64,000 nt of DNA from the human T2T-CHM13v2.0 reference genome, Homo sapiens. A program made the translations under genes and the position numbers. Positions 1-29,924 of this stretch are shown here, piece by piece. A model generated the notes under the pieces. The model had not been told where the DNA came from. It ran no database searches and saw only the letters and a program-made list of their open reading frames with translations. The stretch lies in NCBI RefSeq assembly GCF_009914755.1, contig NC_060931.1. One strand, 5' to 3'. The first letter of the stretch is position 1. The number at the start of each line of letters is the position of its first letter.

Positions 1-421
1 CACAGTTTTCTTGAGTGTGGGACACTTTACGATCCACAGATATTTGACAGGACCCGTGAATGGAAGGAAATAAAAGATTTTTTGTTCATTTTTGCAGACA
101 CAGTCACAGGATCCTAGAGGATGTATTTAGAATATGACATCTAAATATAATTTTCTCCTGGGTTTTTCAGAAAATTCCCATCATCTGCCATGCAGAACTG
201 TGTAAACCCAATTTGCTTATGCAAACTCTGAACTCACTATTCTCACAGCCTCCCAAAGCCTGACCCTATCAGGTGCTCCCCTGTCTTTTTGACCAAGATT
301 GCTTGTTTGATTTTGAACACAGTCATTTCCCAGGGAGCCTGGCGATTTTCTATCTCTTCTGTTTAGGCCGACACCTTCCTCACTGCAGAAATAGGCCTTG
401 GGGGCTCTTGCTCCCCTGTGA

Positions 422-1938
<1,517 letters not shown>

Positions 1939-2870
1939 TAAAGCCATTTTGAAAAGAGAGAGTAAGAAGTAAACGAACACACTTCCTGGCCTTGGTCCCG
2001 CTTGGAGAGGATTATCCTGGAGCTGGTGGAGCAGGGTCCCCCTGGAATCCACTGAGTCAGCAGATGATGCTACGTTCCCGCCTTTCCCCAGGAGGGTGGT
2101 GTGGGGGCTGCTGTGAAACTGATCACGCAGATCTGGGTGGGCGGCCTGGAGCCCTTGAGCTACAGGGCCTGGGTGCTTCCCCACCACGACTATGGCCAAG
2201 GCCTGCCTGAGTGGTGGGGGCCGAGGCAGCTGCAGCCACGATAACAGCTGCTCCCAGAAGGCCCCGTCTCCTGGGCAGCCACAGTATCTATCCGACAGTT
2301 CCCATTCTGTGAGGCCCAGGGTGGATCGATGCAGACAGTCCATCTCATTTATCACTCACTTAAGTACCACCCAGCAGGGCCTCCTGGGAGCCTGCTGGCC
2401 ACAAGCCCTGCAGGCCACAGCCGTGGCAAATCCAGACCTCGCCCTGAACTGCAAGGAGAAAACACACTCAGCCTAAGCCCCTGCCCCTCTGGCCACGCGG
2501 CTGCCTTGTCACCGTCGAGGAAGTGTGCCCAGAAGGAGCGGCCAGGGCTTTCCTTCCTCATCTCCTGCCCAGAGCAGCCCCTTCCAGGCCACAGGCTCAG
2601 AGCCTTAGCCTGCAGGCCGAGGGCAGGCCCGGGGACACAGTGAGGGGCCTGGGCTATTTGAACAGCAGGGAGAATTTTGCATGCAGCATCACAGAGGTAA
2701 GAGGCTCGATTCTTAGGGCTTCTTTCCAGTATTAAGGAGCTCAAGACCTGTGTCCACTCTGATTTGGTAAATCAGGGTTCTTTGAAGTCATGATAAAAAT
2801 GCAGGGCCAGGTACTTTGTGAGGCCAAGGCAGGTGGATCACTTGAGCATGCTTGTAGCCCTAGCTACTCA

Positions 2871-3020
<150 letters not shown>

Positions 3021-3199
3021 TTAAAACGTTTTAATTGGGTGGGGTGGGGTGGCTCACGCCTATAATCCCAGCACTTTGGGAGGCCGAGGTGGGCGGATCA
3101 CTTGAGGTCGGGAGTTCGACACCAGCCTGGTCAACACGGTGAAACCCCGTCTCTACCAAAAATACAAAAATTAGCAAGGCGTGGTGGTGCACACTTTTA

Positions 3200-3692
<493 letters not shown>

Positions 3693-3695
3693 TGA

Positions 3696-4386
<691 letters not shown>

Positions 4387-4794
4387 TGAACTCCTGGCCT
4401 CAAGTGATCCTCCTGCTTCAAGGCTCCCAAAGTGCTGGGATTACAGGTGTGAGTCACCACACCCAGCACATACTGCTCTTTGAGAAAGATCCTTGGTGCT
4501 AGTGAGGTTCCCAGGAAGGGAACCTGGGAAGCTCTGATTGACAGGTGATAGAGGTGGGCAAAATTAGTCCTAGGGTTGCAGTGAGCTATCTCAGCAGCTG
4601 TACAGAAAACTGGCCTCAAATTACAGCAGCAGTGCCAGCCTTGGGGCTTGCGGAGAATGACATTTTTGGAGCATGGTTCTGTGTCAGTTTTTCCCCCCTG
4701 GCCTCTTGACGCTGTTTTAGTTGAGTATGACAAGAATGACCCAGTTCAGATGATCAATCTTCACAGTTCAAATCCCAACGCCACCACATGCCAG

Positions 4795-5136
4795 CTGGGT
4801 TAATGTCCTAGGACTGCCATGGCAAAGTATTGCAGACTGGGTGGCTTCAACCACAGAACTTGATTCTCTCACTGTTCTGGAGGTCAGAAGTCTGAGATTG
4901 AGGTGTCTGCCAGGGCCACCCACACTCCCTCCAAGGTCTCTGTGGGGATCCTTCCTGCCCCTTCCAGCCTCTGGTGGCTCCAGGTGTTCCTCGCTTTGAG
5001 GCTGCATCGCTCCAGGCTCTGTCTCCTCTCTGTGTCTCTGTCTTCTCCTCTGTCATTGGGTTTAAGGCCCACCCTAAATCCAATACAACCTCATCTCAAG
5101 ACCCTTAACTAATTACATCTGCATTCACCCTATTTC
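4795..5136 (-). mobile_element. MaLR LTR (MLT1B/C-like), truncated
   Basis: cctaggactgccatggcaaag...tgggtggcttcaaccacagaacttgattctctcactgttctggagg...ttaactaattacatctgca. Confidence 0.75.
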
Positions 5137-7250
<2,114 letters not shown>

Positions 7251-7899
7251 ACAGTCCAAAGGCATGTACCCTCTGTTGCAGAAGAGCTGATGGAGGGGGG
7301 CTCTGTGGGCAGTGGGGATATTTTAGGTGGGGCTTTGTTCCCTGCCCCCAGCCCCGAACTCCAGGCCTCATCTCTCCTGATGGTGGCGAAACCGAGAACC
7401 TGACTCTGGAATTTACTATCTCTGTCCCTCGCAGTTGGTGTGGGGGCTGCCTTCTGGGGGACTCATATTTGCATAAGCCAGGGGAGGGTTTGGCTGCAAA
7501 AGAGCCACGAACGAACGAAGGATCACAAAAGCAACACAAATGCTCCGAAGCGCTTAAAATAAAACCCAGCAAAGAAGCAGGCCAGTTAAGAGAAGGTGCG
7601 ATTACCTAGTAGTCATTTTAAATTCACGCTCGGCCCTCCAATCTTCTTAAGTGGTGGCCTGACTTTGCGTTTCAGCTGGACCTGGAATACATTCGGTATT
7701 CACTTTTCAGAAGCGACGCACCAGCCTACGGTCCCAGCTCACGTCTAGCGGGGGTAGGCACCATTATTTCTGCGCTGTAAATGGAAAGGCTGCCGTCAGA
7801 GGTTATGTGGGAGGGTGAGAAAAAATGTGGAGGGTTTTAGCAACAGAAATGTACCAGGTGGATACAGATCCCCCAGCTATAAACACATGGCTGAGCTCA

Positions 7900-8398
<499 letters not shown>

Positions 8399-8399
8399 T

Positions 8400-14185
<5,786 letters not shown>

Positions 14186-14749
14186 ATTAATTAAACATTT
14201 CATTTTAACAGGCTTTCCTATCTCATCACCAACTCAGGGCAGTTTCTGCAGGAACCTGGCAGGCCCCGCCACAGAGAGACCCTGCTTCAATCCGCCATGC
14301 CCAGCCCTTGCCTGGTGGCCACTCTCTGCAGCCCTCCCCAGGGGTCCCTGGCCCAGCTCCAGGACTGCTCAATGCCCTGTTCCTAACACTGACATCTCAC
14401 AGCGACTGAGATCCGACCACAGTCCAGGCCCCACCAGAGATGCTTCACAGGAATCATTTCTGCCTCACAATGGCCCTTTGAGGAGGAGGCTTTTATTGTG
14501 CCCCTTGCAAATGAGGAAACTGAGGCATGGAGAGAGGTACTAACTCACACAATAGCAGGAGACCCTGGATGCAGCTGCAGGCAGTAGGCCCCCAGAGCCT
14601 GCTCATCTCAGGCCTGCCGGCTCCTCCACCTGCCTTTTCCAGTACTCTGGGAACCCCCCGAGGACAGGTGTCATTGGTTGCTTCATCTCACCATCCCTGG
14701 GCCCAGCACAGATCCAGGCACACAGTGGCTGCTCACGTAAGCTGAATGA

Positions 14750-15052
<303 letters not shown>

Positions 15053-15090
15053 TGAGCTCCTGACCTCAGGTGCTGGGATTACAGGCATGA

Positions 15091-15249
<159 letters not shown>

Positions 15250-15579
15250 TGAGTAGCTGGGACTACAGGTGCCCACCACCACACCCAGCTAATTTTTTGT
15301 ATATTTAGTAGAGATGGGGTTTCACCGTGTTAGCCAGGATGTTCTCGATCTCCTGACCTTGTGATCCACCCGCCTTGGCCTCCCAAAGTGTTGGGATTAC
15401 AGGTGTGAGCCACCATGCCCAGCCTTCTTAGCAGAAGTGATCTGGGAGCAGGAAGCCCCAGAAGGGGTGTGTCCCCAAAGCAACCCTGAAGCAAGCGTGC
15501 AGGCAACCTGAGAAGGGCTGTGGGTCTGGGCAAGGCTGTTCTTTAGGCAGCTGGAGCCTCGGTGGGCAAGAGGAACTCA

Positions 15580-16131
<552 letters not shown>

Positions 16132-16269
16132 TCAAGACCAGCTTGGCCAACATGGTGAAACCCTGTCTCTATTAAAAATACAAAAATTAGGCCAGGTGCA
16201 GTGGCTCACGCCTGTAATCCCAACACTTTGGGAGGCCAAGATGGGTGGATCACCTGAGGTCAGGAGTTA

Positions 16270-16722
<453 letters not shown>

Positions 16723-18050
16723 TCACTTGACCACCTAGACCCCGACTCCCCAGGACCCCCTCCGCCCACCACCATGGTTCCCTGCTTGGGGCAGAGCTGA
16801 AACAACTCCCACCCAGCCACATATGCCTTGAATCTTCCCCACAGCTGCCAGGGCCATGGTATCCAGGAGCATTCAGCCCTCACTGCACTCAGCCCTTCCT
16901 GTCTTGCCCAGGCCCATGAAGATGGCCTGTTTCTCCCTCCTTGAAGGGGAACGAACCTGCTGGAGACGGGCGCACCTGCTCCCAAGTTCATTGAGAGTGC
17001 CAGCGAGGCAGGGGCTTGGACCCAGACCCCTGTGCGCCAGGCCTGCGCCCCTCAAACACAGGCTCCGAGCATGTAAGCTATTTTTGTATGCACAGCGAAT
17101 GTTCATTTTCCTCCTCCGAGGCAGGGCTGTTGAACCTTCTCTTCAGGTCAGGGACCCCTTAGAGAGTCTCATAAGAGCCACTTCCCGGGAAAAATCACAC
17201 TCGCTCGGCCGAGAGGGGCCCTGCACTCTGAGAGCCTGTGATTTCCTGAAGCATGAAGTGTTTGGAGGAAGATTAGCCTCTCCCTCCTCCAGAGGCAGAG
17301 CTGGGAGGTGGAGGAACCCAGCAGCGGATTCAGGCCTGGGCTGTGGGAGCCCCTCGACCCCCGAATCTCCACCTCCTCCCCTCAGCCCTGCCTGGGTGAC
17401 ATCCTCCCGGGAACCAGGACAAATGGATCAGTCACAGGGTTCCCACTTGGCCTCCCTGATCATGAAACGACCCCACTCATTCTAATCTCCATCCTCCGGG
17501 CTTTTGGGAAGGTGAGAAATGTCTTCTGCCTCTGAAATCTCAGAAGAAATTATTTCCACTCCAGCAGCAGGAAACCCTTTGAGGGAAGAGACGGCTCCAT
17601 CAGCAAAGAGGCCACAGGATGGAATTGGCCCTGGGGCGGGGGCCTGCCCAGACTCCTCCCAGGCCAGAGAGAGGTGGGCTGGAGGACGAGTCCCCTCCAC
17701 AGGGCCCCTGTACTGCATGAGCCGGTGAATAGGCTGCTCACAGACCAGGACCTTGTATCTGTGACCCAGCCAGCAAAGGGTCTCTCAGGGCCCACCCACA
17801 GCCATGCATGGGCCTGGGAAATGGGAGCTCCGGCCCAGACTGGGGGGACAGGGTCATCCCCTGGCCTCACCCCAGTTCAGATCACAGCCATATGCAGAGT
17901 AAACTTGGGGTACAGGCAAGGCCCTGAGCCCTTCCCAAAGCTGAGGGGAAGTAGGTTTGGCGAGGAGATGCAGGGAAGGTTCTGGAAACCTGGAAGCACA
18001 CCTCTTGTCTCCTCTCCTTTGGAGACAGTTTGTGGAATCTCTCTGGTAAA

Positions 18051-19019
<969 letters not shown>

Positions 19020-19772
19020 TAGCATGAACTCTGATGGTCAGAAGGGTGAGGGGCCAGAGGCAGGACCCTCCAGGCAGAGAGACCAGCCCAAGACACAAAT
19101 CTGGGAAGTGTGAGGGACCAGGTCGTAGAGGGTGGGGGCCCTAAATTAGACCAGGGGACATACCCCACATCTTGCCCAAGAGCAGAAGAGTGCCGAAGGG
19201 CTGCCGACGGGCTGGTGGGCACACACCAGCTGTGGCCCTGGGGCTCTGGCAGCTGAACAGGTGTCTGTGCCAGCCCAGAGCCCAGACCCTAGGACCAAGC
19301 AGATGGTCACAGAGCACTCTCTCTTCTGTGCAAGGCCAAGCCACCACCGGGTACCAGGCTCCATGTGGGGGGACTCCCAAATGACCACCCATCCTTCCAT
19401 CAGCCCTGGGTGGGCTTTTGCCATTTTACAAGAAATGGGAGGCTCACAGAGGTTGAGAAATGTGATCAAAGACACACAGCATAGCCAGGGGTTGAATCCA
19501 GGACTGCTGGGACACCAGGGGAGTGACAGTTTTCAGCAGAGCACATGTGTGTGTGTCTATTGTTGTGAGTGTCTGTGTGAGCCTGGCAGTGGCCACAGGT
19601 GTCAGAGCCGACTCCTCCCAGCTCCAAAGACGACTGTGTGCCCTGTCCCCAACTCTGACCTCATAATGATAGCTGGAAACCGGTGGGAATATTGACACCA
19701 TGGAAATTAGCAACTGCTACAAGTCAGAACGCTGGGTGTGTTAAATACTGACCAGTCCAGCACTGACTGACA

Positions 19773-20101
19773 AGTGTGTGCATCTACGTGAGATTGAGTG
19801 TGTGTCTTTGTATGTGTGTGTCTGGGTCTGTCCATCTGTGCGGTGCCTTTATCTCCTGCTTTGCTCATCTGTCTATCCCTATCTGAATCTGTGTGCACGC
19901 CTCTGTGTGTCTGAATGTGTCTGTGTGTGTCTGTGGCTGAGTGTGCTTCAGTGTGTGTGTGTCTTGCATGCATGTGTATGTCTGTGTGTGTCTACGTGTG
20001 TGTCCAAGCACATATGCATTTCTGTGTGTGACAGCGTTTTGGGGGTGTTTGTGTGTGTGTGTGTGTGTCACTGTGTCTGTGTGTGTTCATGTGACTGTGT
20101 G
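19773..20101 (+). repeat. Degenerate (TG)-rich low-complexity tract
   Basis: Imperfect tgtgtc/tgtgtg repeats. Confidence 0.85.
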
Positions 20102-21212
20102 GCCTCTCAAGCTGAAGATGATGGTTTCAACTGAAATTGAGGCTGACGCTCTCCACTACAAAGCTCAATTTGCTTGCAAATGTCCTTCAAGAGGCAGAGG
20201 AGACAGGAGCAGAGGGGGCGGGAGGCAGGAGCCAGACAGACGCAGCGACCGGCAGCAGAAATGACGTCACCCGGCAGATTCCAAGAGCGCCCCAAGACCA
20301 GTGGGGTGTCACCCACCTGGAGGCACTGTGGATCCTAGAGGAGACTCTGGCAGGCCCCAAACACAGCCCTTGAGAAAGTAGTCATTTGGGAGGATTCAGA
20401 GTGATAAAAATATAGTTTGTTGCTTGCGAAAATCACTTGTGACTTAAAAGCGTCTCCCGTTGTCATGGAATTGACAATACCATTGAGGATCAAAGGGACA
20501 AGAATAGATGAGGAGCTCTGTTTCCCACTTAACTCCTGGAAGCCTTTTCTCCCAAGCTTCGCACTCTCTCCTCCCTCTGAAGAAGACTCTAGAGGCTGTA
20601 GTGCAACCCTCCATCACTCAAAAGCTGGGACGCTCTCTGTTCTGGACAGACACCCCTTGTCAGGAAGAGCCCCACCTCCCCAACCCCAGCCACATGGCTG
20701 CCGTCCTGCTGCCCCACCCTCCTGGCCCCGGGCAACCATGTGACCCAAGTTGGGCCAATCAGATTCTCCCCTGGGATTTTTCATATTGAAACCAAGGGAG
20801 AAGGGTTGGGCCCTCCCGGGAGATAAAAGTGGGTGGCTGTGTGGGTGGTGGCTGATGCCTGTAATCCCAGCACTTTGGAAGGGCGAAGTGGGAGGATCAC
20901 TTGAAGTCAGGAGTTCGAGAACAGCCTGGACAACATGGCCCATCTCATAGACTTGATGGCCAAGGCCCCAAGAGGAGGCATGACTTGCCCAAGGCCATAC
21001 AGTGCAGGGTGCCCGGCGATAAAGTCCCAGAGACACTCTCTTCCTCCTGCAGGTCAAAGCACCAGAATCCAAAGCACCCTGCGCTCCTGATGGCTCAGAA
21101 GGGAGCCACCCCATCAATTATTAAATGTCCTTACAAGCCCAAGAAAACTGAGATGGGACTGGATCAGAAGCCATCAGACCACTCACAACCTTTGGCTAAA
21201 AAGGAAAAATTA

Positions 21213-21527
<315 letters not shown>

Positions 21528-22093
21528 TTAAGTTCATGGGGAGTTAATCCACGTATTGCAGAAGGCAGGAATTCTCAGTGTTTTGGCATCCCTGGGATAA
21601 CGACAAACTTTGCTTAGAACAAGATGTTGGGAGCCACAGAGCAGTTTCCAGGTAGTCCCTTTGACATCTTGGGGGAGTGGGGAGGGTCCTGTGAAATGTG
21701 ACTCTCACACTCACCTCAGCTCCACAGGCAAGTGCTCCAAGACTTCACAGTTGAACTTTTAGCTAAGGACAGAGTTCTTTCCCAACCTCCCCCATATGCA
21801 TATTTATTTCACCCAACAAAACCTGACTTTTACACACATTTCATAAAGCGACGCGCATTCTGCATTCCCACGGAACGTTATATTGTGTGCATTGCTTCAT
21901 CTCACCAGGCTTCCTTTTTAAGAACTTCCCTCTGCCCGGGCGTGGGTGGCTCATGGCTATAATCACAGCACTTTTGGAGGCCAAGGCCGGAGGATGCTTA
22001 CGTTCTTTATGTTATTTAGCTTGGGCAACATAGTGAGACCCCATCTCTACAAAAACAAAAAGTTAACCAGGCGTGGGGGTGCATGCCTGTTAG

Positions 22094-22520
<427 letters not shown>

Positions 22521-22588
22521 TAAAAATGAAATAAAATAAAGTTAATGTTGTAAACATGAAATATGCTGCTCTCAAGAATTGATGTTCA

Positions 22589-22957
<369 letters not shown>

Positions 22958-23189
22958 TTACTGATGATGAAGTAGAGTATCCAAGAGTGACTCTGCACAC
23001 CCGAGAAACACCCTGAGTGTGTCCCGTCTCCTGGCAGTTCAGTACCCTTTCTGCTCCACCCCAGGGTCTACGTGGTCATCCCGGGGCCACCACCTTTTAT
23101 TTGATCATAAAGTTTTTTGGTGGCTCTCGCCTCTCTGAGACCTCAACAGAAAACAGCAGATTGAGATCAGGGTAATTCAAGGAGGGTTA

Positions 23190-23573
<384 letters not shown>

Positions 23574-23623
23574 TTAAAAAAAAAAAAAAAGAGCTGTGGC
23601 TGCCCCTAAGCCCAAACCAGTAG

Positions 23624-24356
<733 letters not shown>

Positions 24357-24736
24357 AAGACACCAGAATCTAGAATGAGAGAGAGGGGCCTTGGGAAGCC
24401 GTGACCTATGTCAAGGAACACTCTAGGCAGGGTGACCTCACGGGGAGGGAGTCAGGAGAAGATATGGTTGACTTCCAATCCCTTTCTTGCTCCCTCCAAC
24501 CCCCTGTTGGTGTCTTCCTTCCATTAGCCAAATCTCACTGGAAGACAGAGGCAGGGAGTCCATTGATGTGGCTCATACAGGGCAGCTCCCCAGGGCACTC
24601 AGCAGGGTGGAGAAGGGCAGGGGGAAAACAGAGGATGAAATTTGCAGTCTGGTGACGACCCCTCCCGGGTTATACTGGCCAGTGGCTGCTGAGAGATTTG
24701 AGCACCAGGAGCCAGAAGAAACCTCCCGCAGGGCTT

Positions 24737-25452
<716 letters not shown>

Positions 25453-27266
25453 GGGCTTCTTAGTCTTTGGGGGAATCAAGGAGAATTTGATGAAATCCAT
25501 CGATTCCTCTTCCTGGAAACAGGTACATCCACACTCCTTCAGTTCCAAGTGGCAGAAACGCCACTCATACAGCTTTATGCTAAAAAGGGAATTTACTGGC
25601 CCACAGAGTAGGTGTCAGGTAAGGCTAGATCCAGGGTCTCAAGTAACGCTGCCAGGGCTCTGGCTTCATCTGCTGTTCTGTTTGTCTTCATGAACTTCAT
25701 TCTGCACATAGGTGCTGGGCACATGGCGGACAGGTGTCTATGGCAGCTTGATCTTATCTCCCCAAATTGAGGTGCCATAAAATAAACCCATCCAGGAAGA
25801 CCTCATAAAAGTTCTAAGGAAGGCTCTGACAGGCCAGGTTCGAGCCATATGCCCTTCCCTGACCAACCTCTGTGTTCCAATGGATACTGTCCCATGACTG
25901 GCCTCAGTGATGCTTTGGTGACTCACAGCCCTACCTCCCCCCAGGGCGGGTGGGGTGGAAGCTTCCCAAACCAATACACACTATAGCCACTTTGGGAGGC
26001 TGAAGCGGCAGATCACAAGGTCAAGAGATTGAGACCATCCTGGCCAACATGGTGAAACCCCCCCCCTACTAAAAATACAAAAGTTAGCCAGGCGTGGTGG
26101 TGTGCACCTGTAGTCTCAGCTGTTGTGTGCTGCCCTCCCCTAAGACACACAATAGCGCAGGGACCACAGGCCACCACTCACCCCTTTTCTTTGCAGGTAG
26201 AGAAACAGAGCCACAGATCAAGGTCACCCAGTGAGTGAGAAGCAAAGTCTGGAGCTGAGGCAAGTTTTTCAAATTCCTCTTCCAAGGCTTTCTCTTGGAA
26301 AGCCCAAAGCTTATTAAATCCTTAAAGGGCATTATCAACAGGACGTGCATTGAGTTTCCTTAATCCTGCAAGAGGATTAGGAGAATTCAGCCAAGATAAG
26401 CTCCTTCAGGGACAAACCAGCCGCCTCTCACCAACCCGTGCTCTTAGCGGGCTGGGACAAGCCCCCTCAAGGAGCCTCGACCTTGGGACGCATCCCCACC
26501 TCATCAGGCTCACAGCCCATAATTATAATAACCACAGCCGTGTTCAGACAGCCCAGGAAGGCTTCCAAGGGGACTGGTGTTTTTTAGAAGACAAAACAGC
26601 AGGAACAAAGATACATAGTCTGAGGCTGGGTGCAGTGTCTCCTGCCTGTAATCCCAGCACTTTGGAAGGCTGAGGCAGGAGGATCACTTGAGCTCAGGAG
26701 TTTGAGACAGGGCTGGGCAACATAGTAAGACCCTGTCTCTACAAAAAAATTTTTAAATTGTGTAGCTGGAACTACAGGCATGGTGGCATGTTCCTGTAGT
26801 CCCAGCTACTCAGGGAGGCTGAGGCAGGAGAATCACTTGAACCCACGAGTTTGAGGCTGCAGCGAGCTATGATTGTGCCACTGCAGTCCAGCCAGGGCCA
26901 CAGAGCAAGAGCTTGTCTCTAAAAAGAAGATATGGAGGCTGGAACTTGAGGTCATACCTACCCCTAAATATACAAGGCCTGGGATGAGGGCCAAATTATG
27001 AAAGGCTCACACATCATACCTAAGAGTTATAAATCAAGCGGAAAAACTGCTAGGCAAATACATTCTGTCTCATACTTTTCTTTTTTTAATTTTTTTTTTA
27101 GAGACAGGGTCTTGCTATGTTGCCCAGGCTGGATTCAAACTCCTAGGCTCAAGCAATCTTCCCAACTCGGCCTTCACCTGAGTAGCTGGGACTAGAGGCA
27201 GGCACCCAGCTCCTGTTTCATATCTTTCTTTTTTTCTTTTTCTATTTCTTTTTTTTTTTAATTTGA

Positions 27267-27506
<240 letters not shown>

Positions 27507-27721
27507 TGAGGCTCTGGGATTAGAGGTGCAAACCATGGCACTGGTCCGTCCATGGTGGATTTCAAGGTGCCAAGATGACATCACTGGACTTGGATTTGGG
27601 GAGAGAACGCAGCCGCATAGCACACTGTCATTTGGCGTTTCCATCCTACAGGGTACCAGGGATGGAAATAACCCGGAGAATGCAGACCCTAGTCACATAA
27701 TTAGACAGTGATGAATTTTGA

Positions 27722-27817
<96 letters not shown>

Positions 27818-27940
27818 TGAGGTGGGCAGATCACGAGGTCAAGAGATCGAGACCATCCTGGCCAACATGGCGAAACCCCACCTGTACTAAAAATTCAAAA
27901 ATTAGCCAGGCGTGGTGGTGCGCACCCGTAGTCCCAGCTA

Positions 27941-28373
<433 letters not shown>

Positions 28374-28673
28374 TCAGTGCCAGCCTAGGCTCAGGGACTG
28401 CCACACGTGGTCCATGTAACTCACAGTTATCCTGTGCCATGGTTACCCCACGTTACAGCTGAGGCCACTGAGGCTCGGCAAGACGAAGGCGCTTGTCTTA
28501 GGTCACACGGTTAGGAGGCGGTAAGACTCAGACTAGAAACTCTTCTTCTGTCCTGACTAGGGAAGAAGGGCAAGGTGGGGGAAAGGACACCTGTCCCCAA
28601 GGAGCCACCCCTGAGGCCCAGCCTCCAGGGACACTGATGAGGAGCTGAAGAGTCCCAGGTGGGGAGGAGTAAT

Positions 28674-28830
28674 CTCTTTTTCCCTGTCTCCCTCTCTTTC
28701 TGCCCCTCCACTTCTCTCTCCCTTTCGCTCCTGTCTCCCTCTGTCTCTCCCTCTCTCTCACACCCCCACTCTCTTTTCCTGTCTCTCCCTCCCTCTCTCT
28801 CCCTCCCCCCCATCTACCTCTTTTTTTGTT
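28674..28830 (+). repeat. CT-rich polypyrimidine tract
   Basis: ctctc/tccc low-complexity run preceding an Alu. Confidence 0.8.
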
Positions 28831-29890
28831 TTTTTGAGACAGAGTCTTGCTTTGTCACGGAGGCTGGAGTACAATGGCGTGATCTCAGCTTACCCCAACC
28901 TCCGCCTCCCAGGTTCAAGGGATTCTCCTGCCTCAGCCTCCTGAGTAGCTTGGATTACAGGCACCTGCCACCACGCCCGACTAATTTTTGTATTTTTAGT
29001 AGAGATGGGGTTTCACCATGTTGGTCAGGCTGGTCTCGAACTCCTGACCTCAGGTGATCCGCCTACCTCGGCCTCCCAAAGTGCTGGGATTACGGGCACG
29101 AGCCAACACACCCAGCCCCCGCTGCCCCTTTTTATCTCTCTGTCTCTGAAATACCCCAGTCAAGGATCCCACCCTGTGTATGGCCCACTGTGTGACCAGC
29201 TGCTTGGCAGGCCTGGGCCGCTGCTCTCAGGGACAGGTGCCCGGCATAGGCGGGTAGGCGCTCTCTCTCGGTTTACTTTTCTACAGCATACATTTCTGGA
29301 TTGGTGAAGTATTATCTTTGTCTTTAGAGGGAACAATAAAGCTATTTTCAGCTTGGGAACAAATGCGTCCAATGGTAAATAAACCCCCAATGCCGGTGCT
29401 GGGCAGGCGGGCGCTGTCGTCACGGTGGAGGCCGCCAGCCTTCCTTCCCAGGAAGGGCTTGGTCTCAGGGTGGGGGCACAGAAAGGATGTACGGAGCCCA
29501 GGAGCAGAGGGGCAGGAGGGGAAAGGAGACAGGGAGCATCCTGGAATCACGAGGCTGGACAGACCCGCAGGTTTTACGGATCCAGACACTGAGGCCCAGA
29601 GAGGGTGAGCACCCTGCCCCAGGACACACAGCCTGCAGGTGCCTGGTCCCACTTCCTGGAGCTCTGCCGGGCACCACGGCTCCAGGGAGTGCTCCGGTGT
29701 TTTCTCAGCACTTGGCAACAGATGGCTCCAACTCTCACCCACGGACGCCAAACATTTTCCCTGGTTACCCTGCTAATTTGCTCACAGCCTCCTCTTGTAA
29801 ATAGAGAGTACAAAGGCTCCTCCGAGTAGTGTGTATGCCGGGCAGACACTGATGCCACGGGGAGAGGCCTTAGAAGGAGCATAGGAAAGT

Positions 29891-29924
29891 CCCAGGTAAG
29901 AACTAGGTAAGGCCCAGGTAAGGC
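29891..29924 (+). repeat. Three tandem 11-bp units, each containing AG|GTAAG
   Basis: cccaggtaagaactaggtaaggcccaggtaaggc; GT at 29896, 29907, 29918. Confidence 0.85.

Noticed and set aside
16856-18050. 209-aa and 181-aa ORFs and scattered splice-like motifs in GC-rich unique DNA
   Set aside because: No recognisable homology or consistent exon chain; expected by chance at this GC content.
19707-20264. Cys/Val- or His/Thr-rich ORFs
   Set aside because: Products of the (TG)n low-complexity tract.
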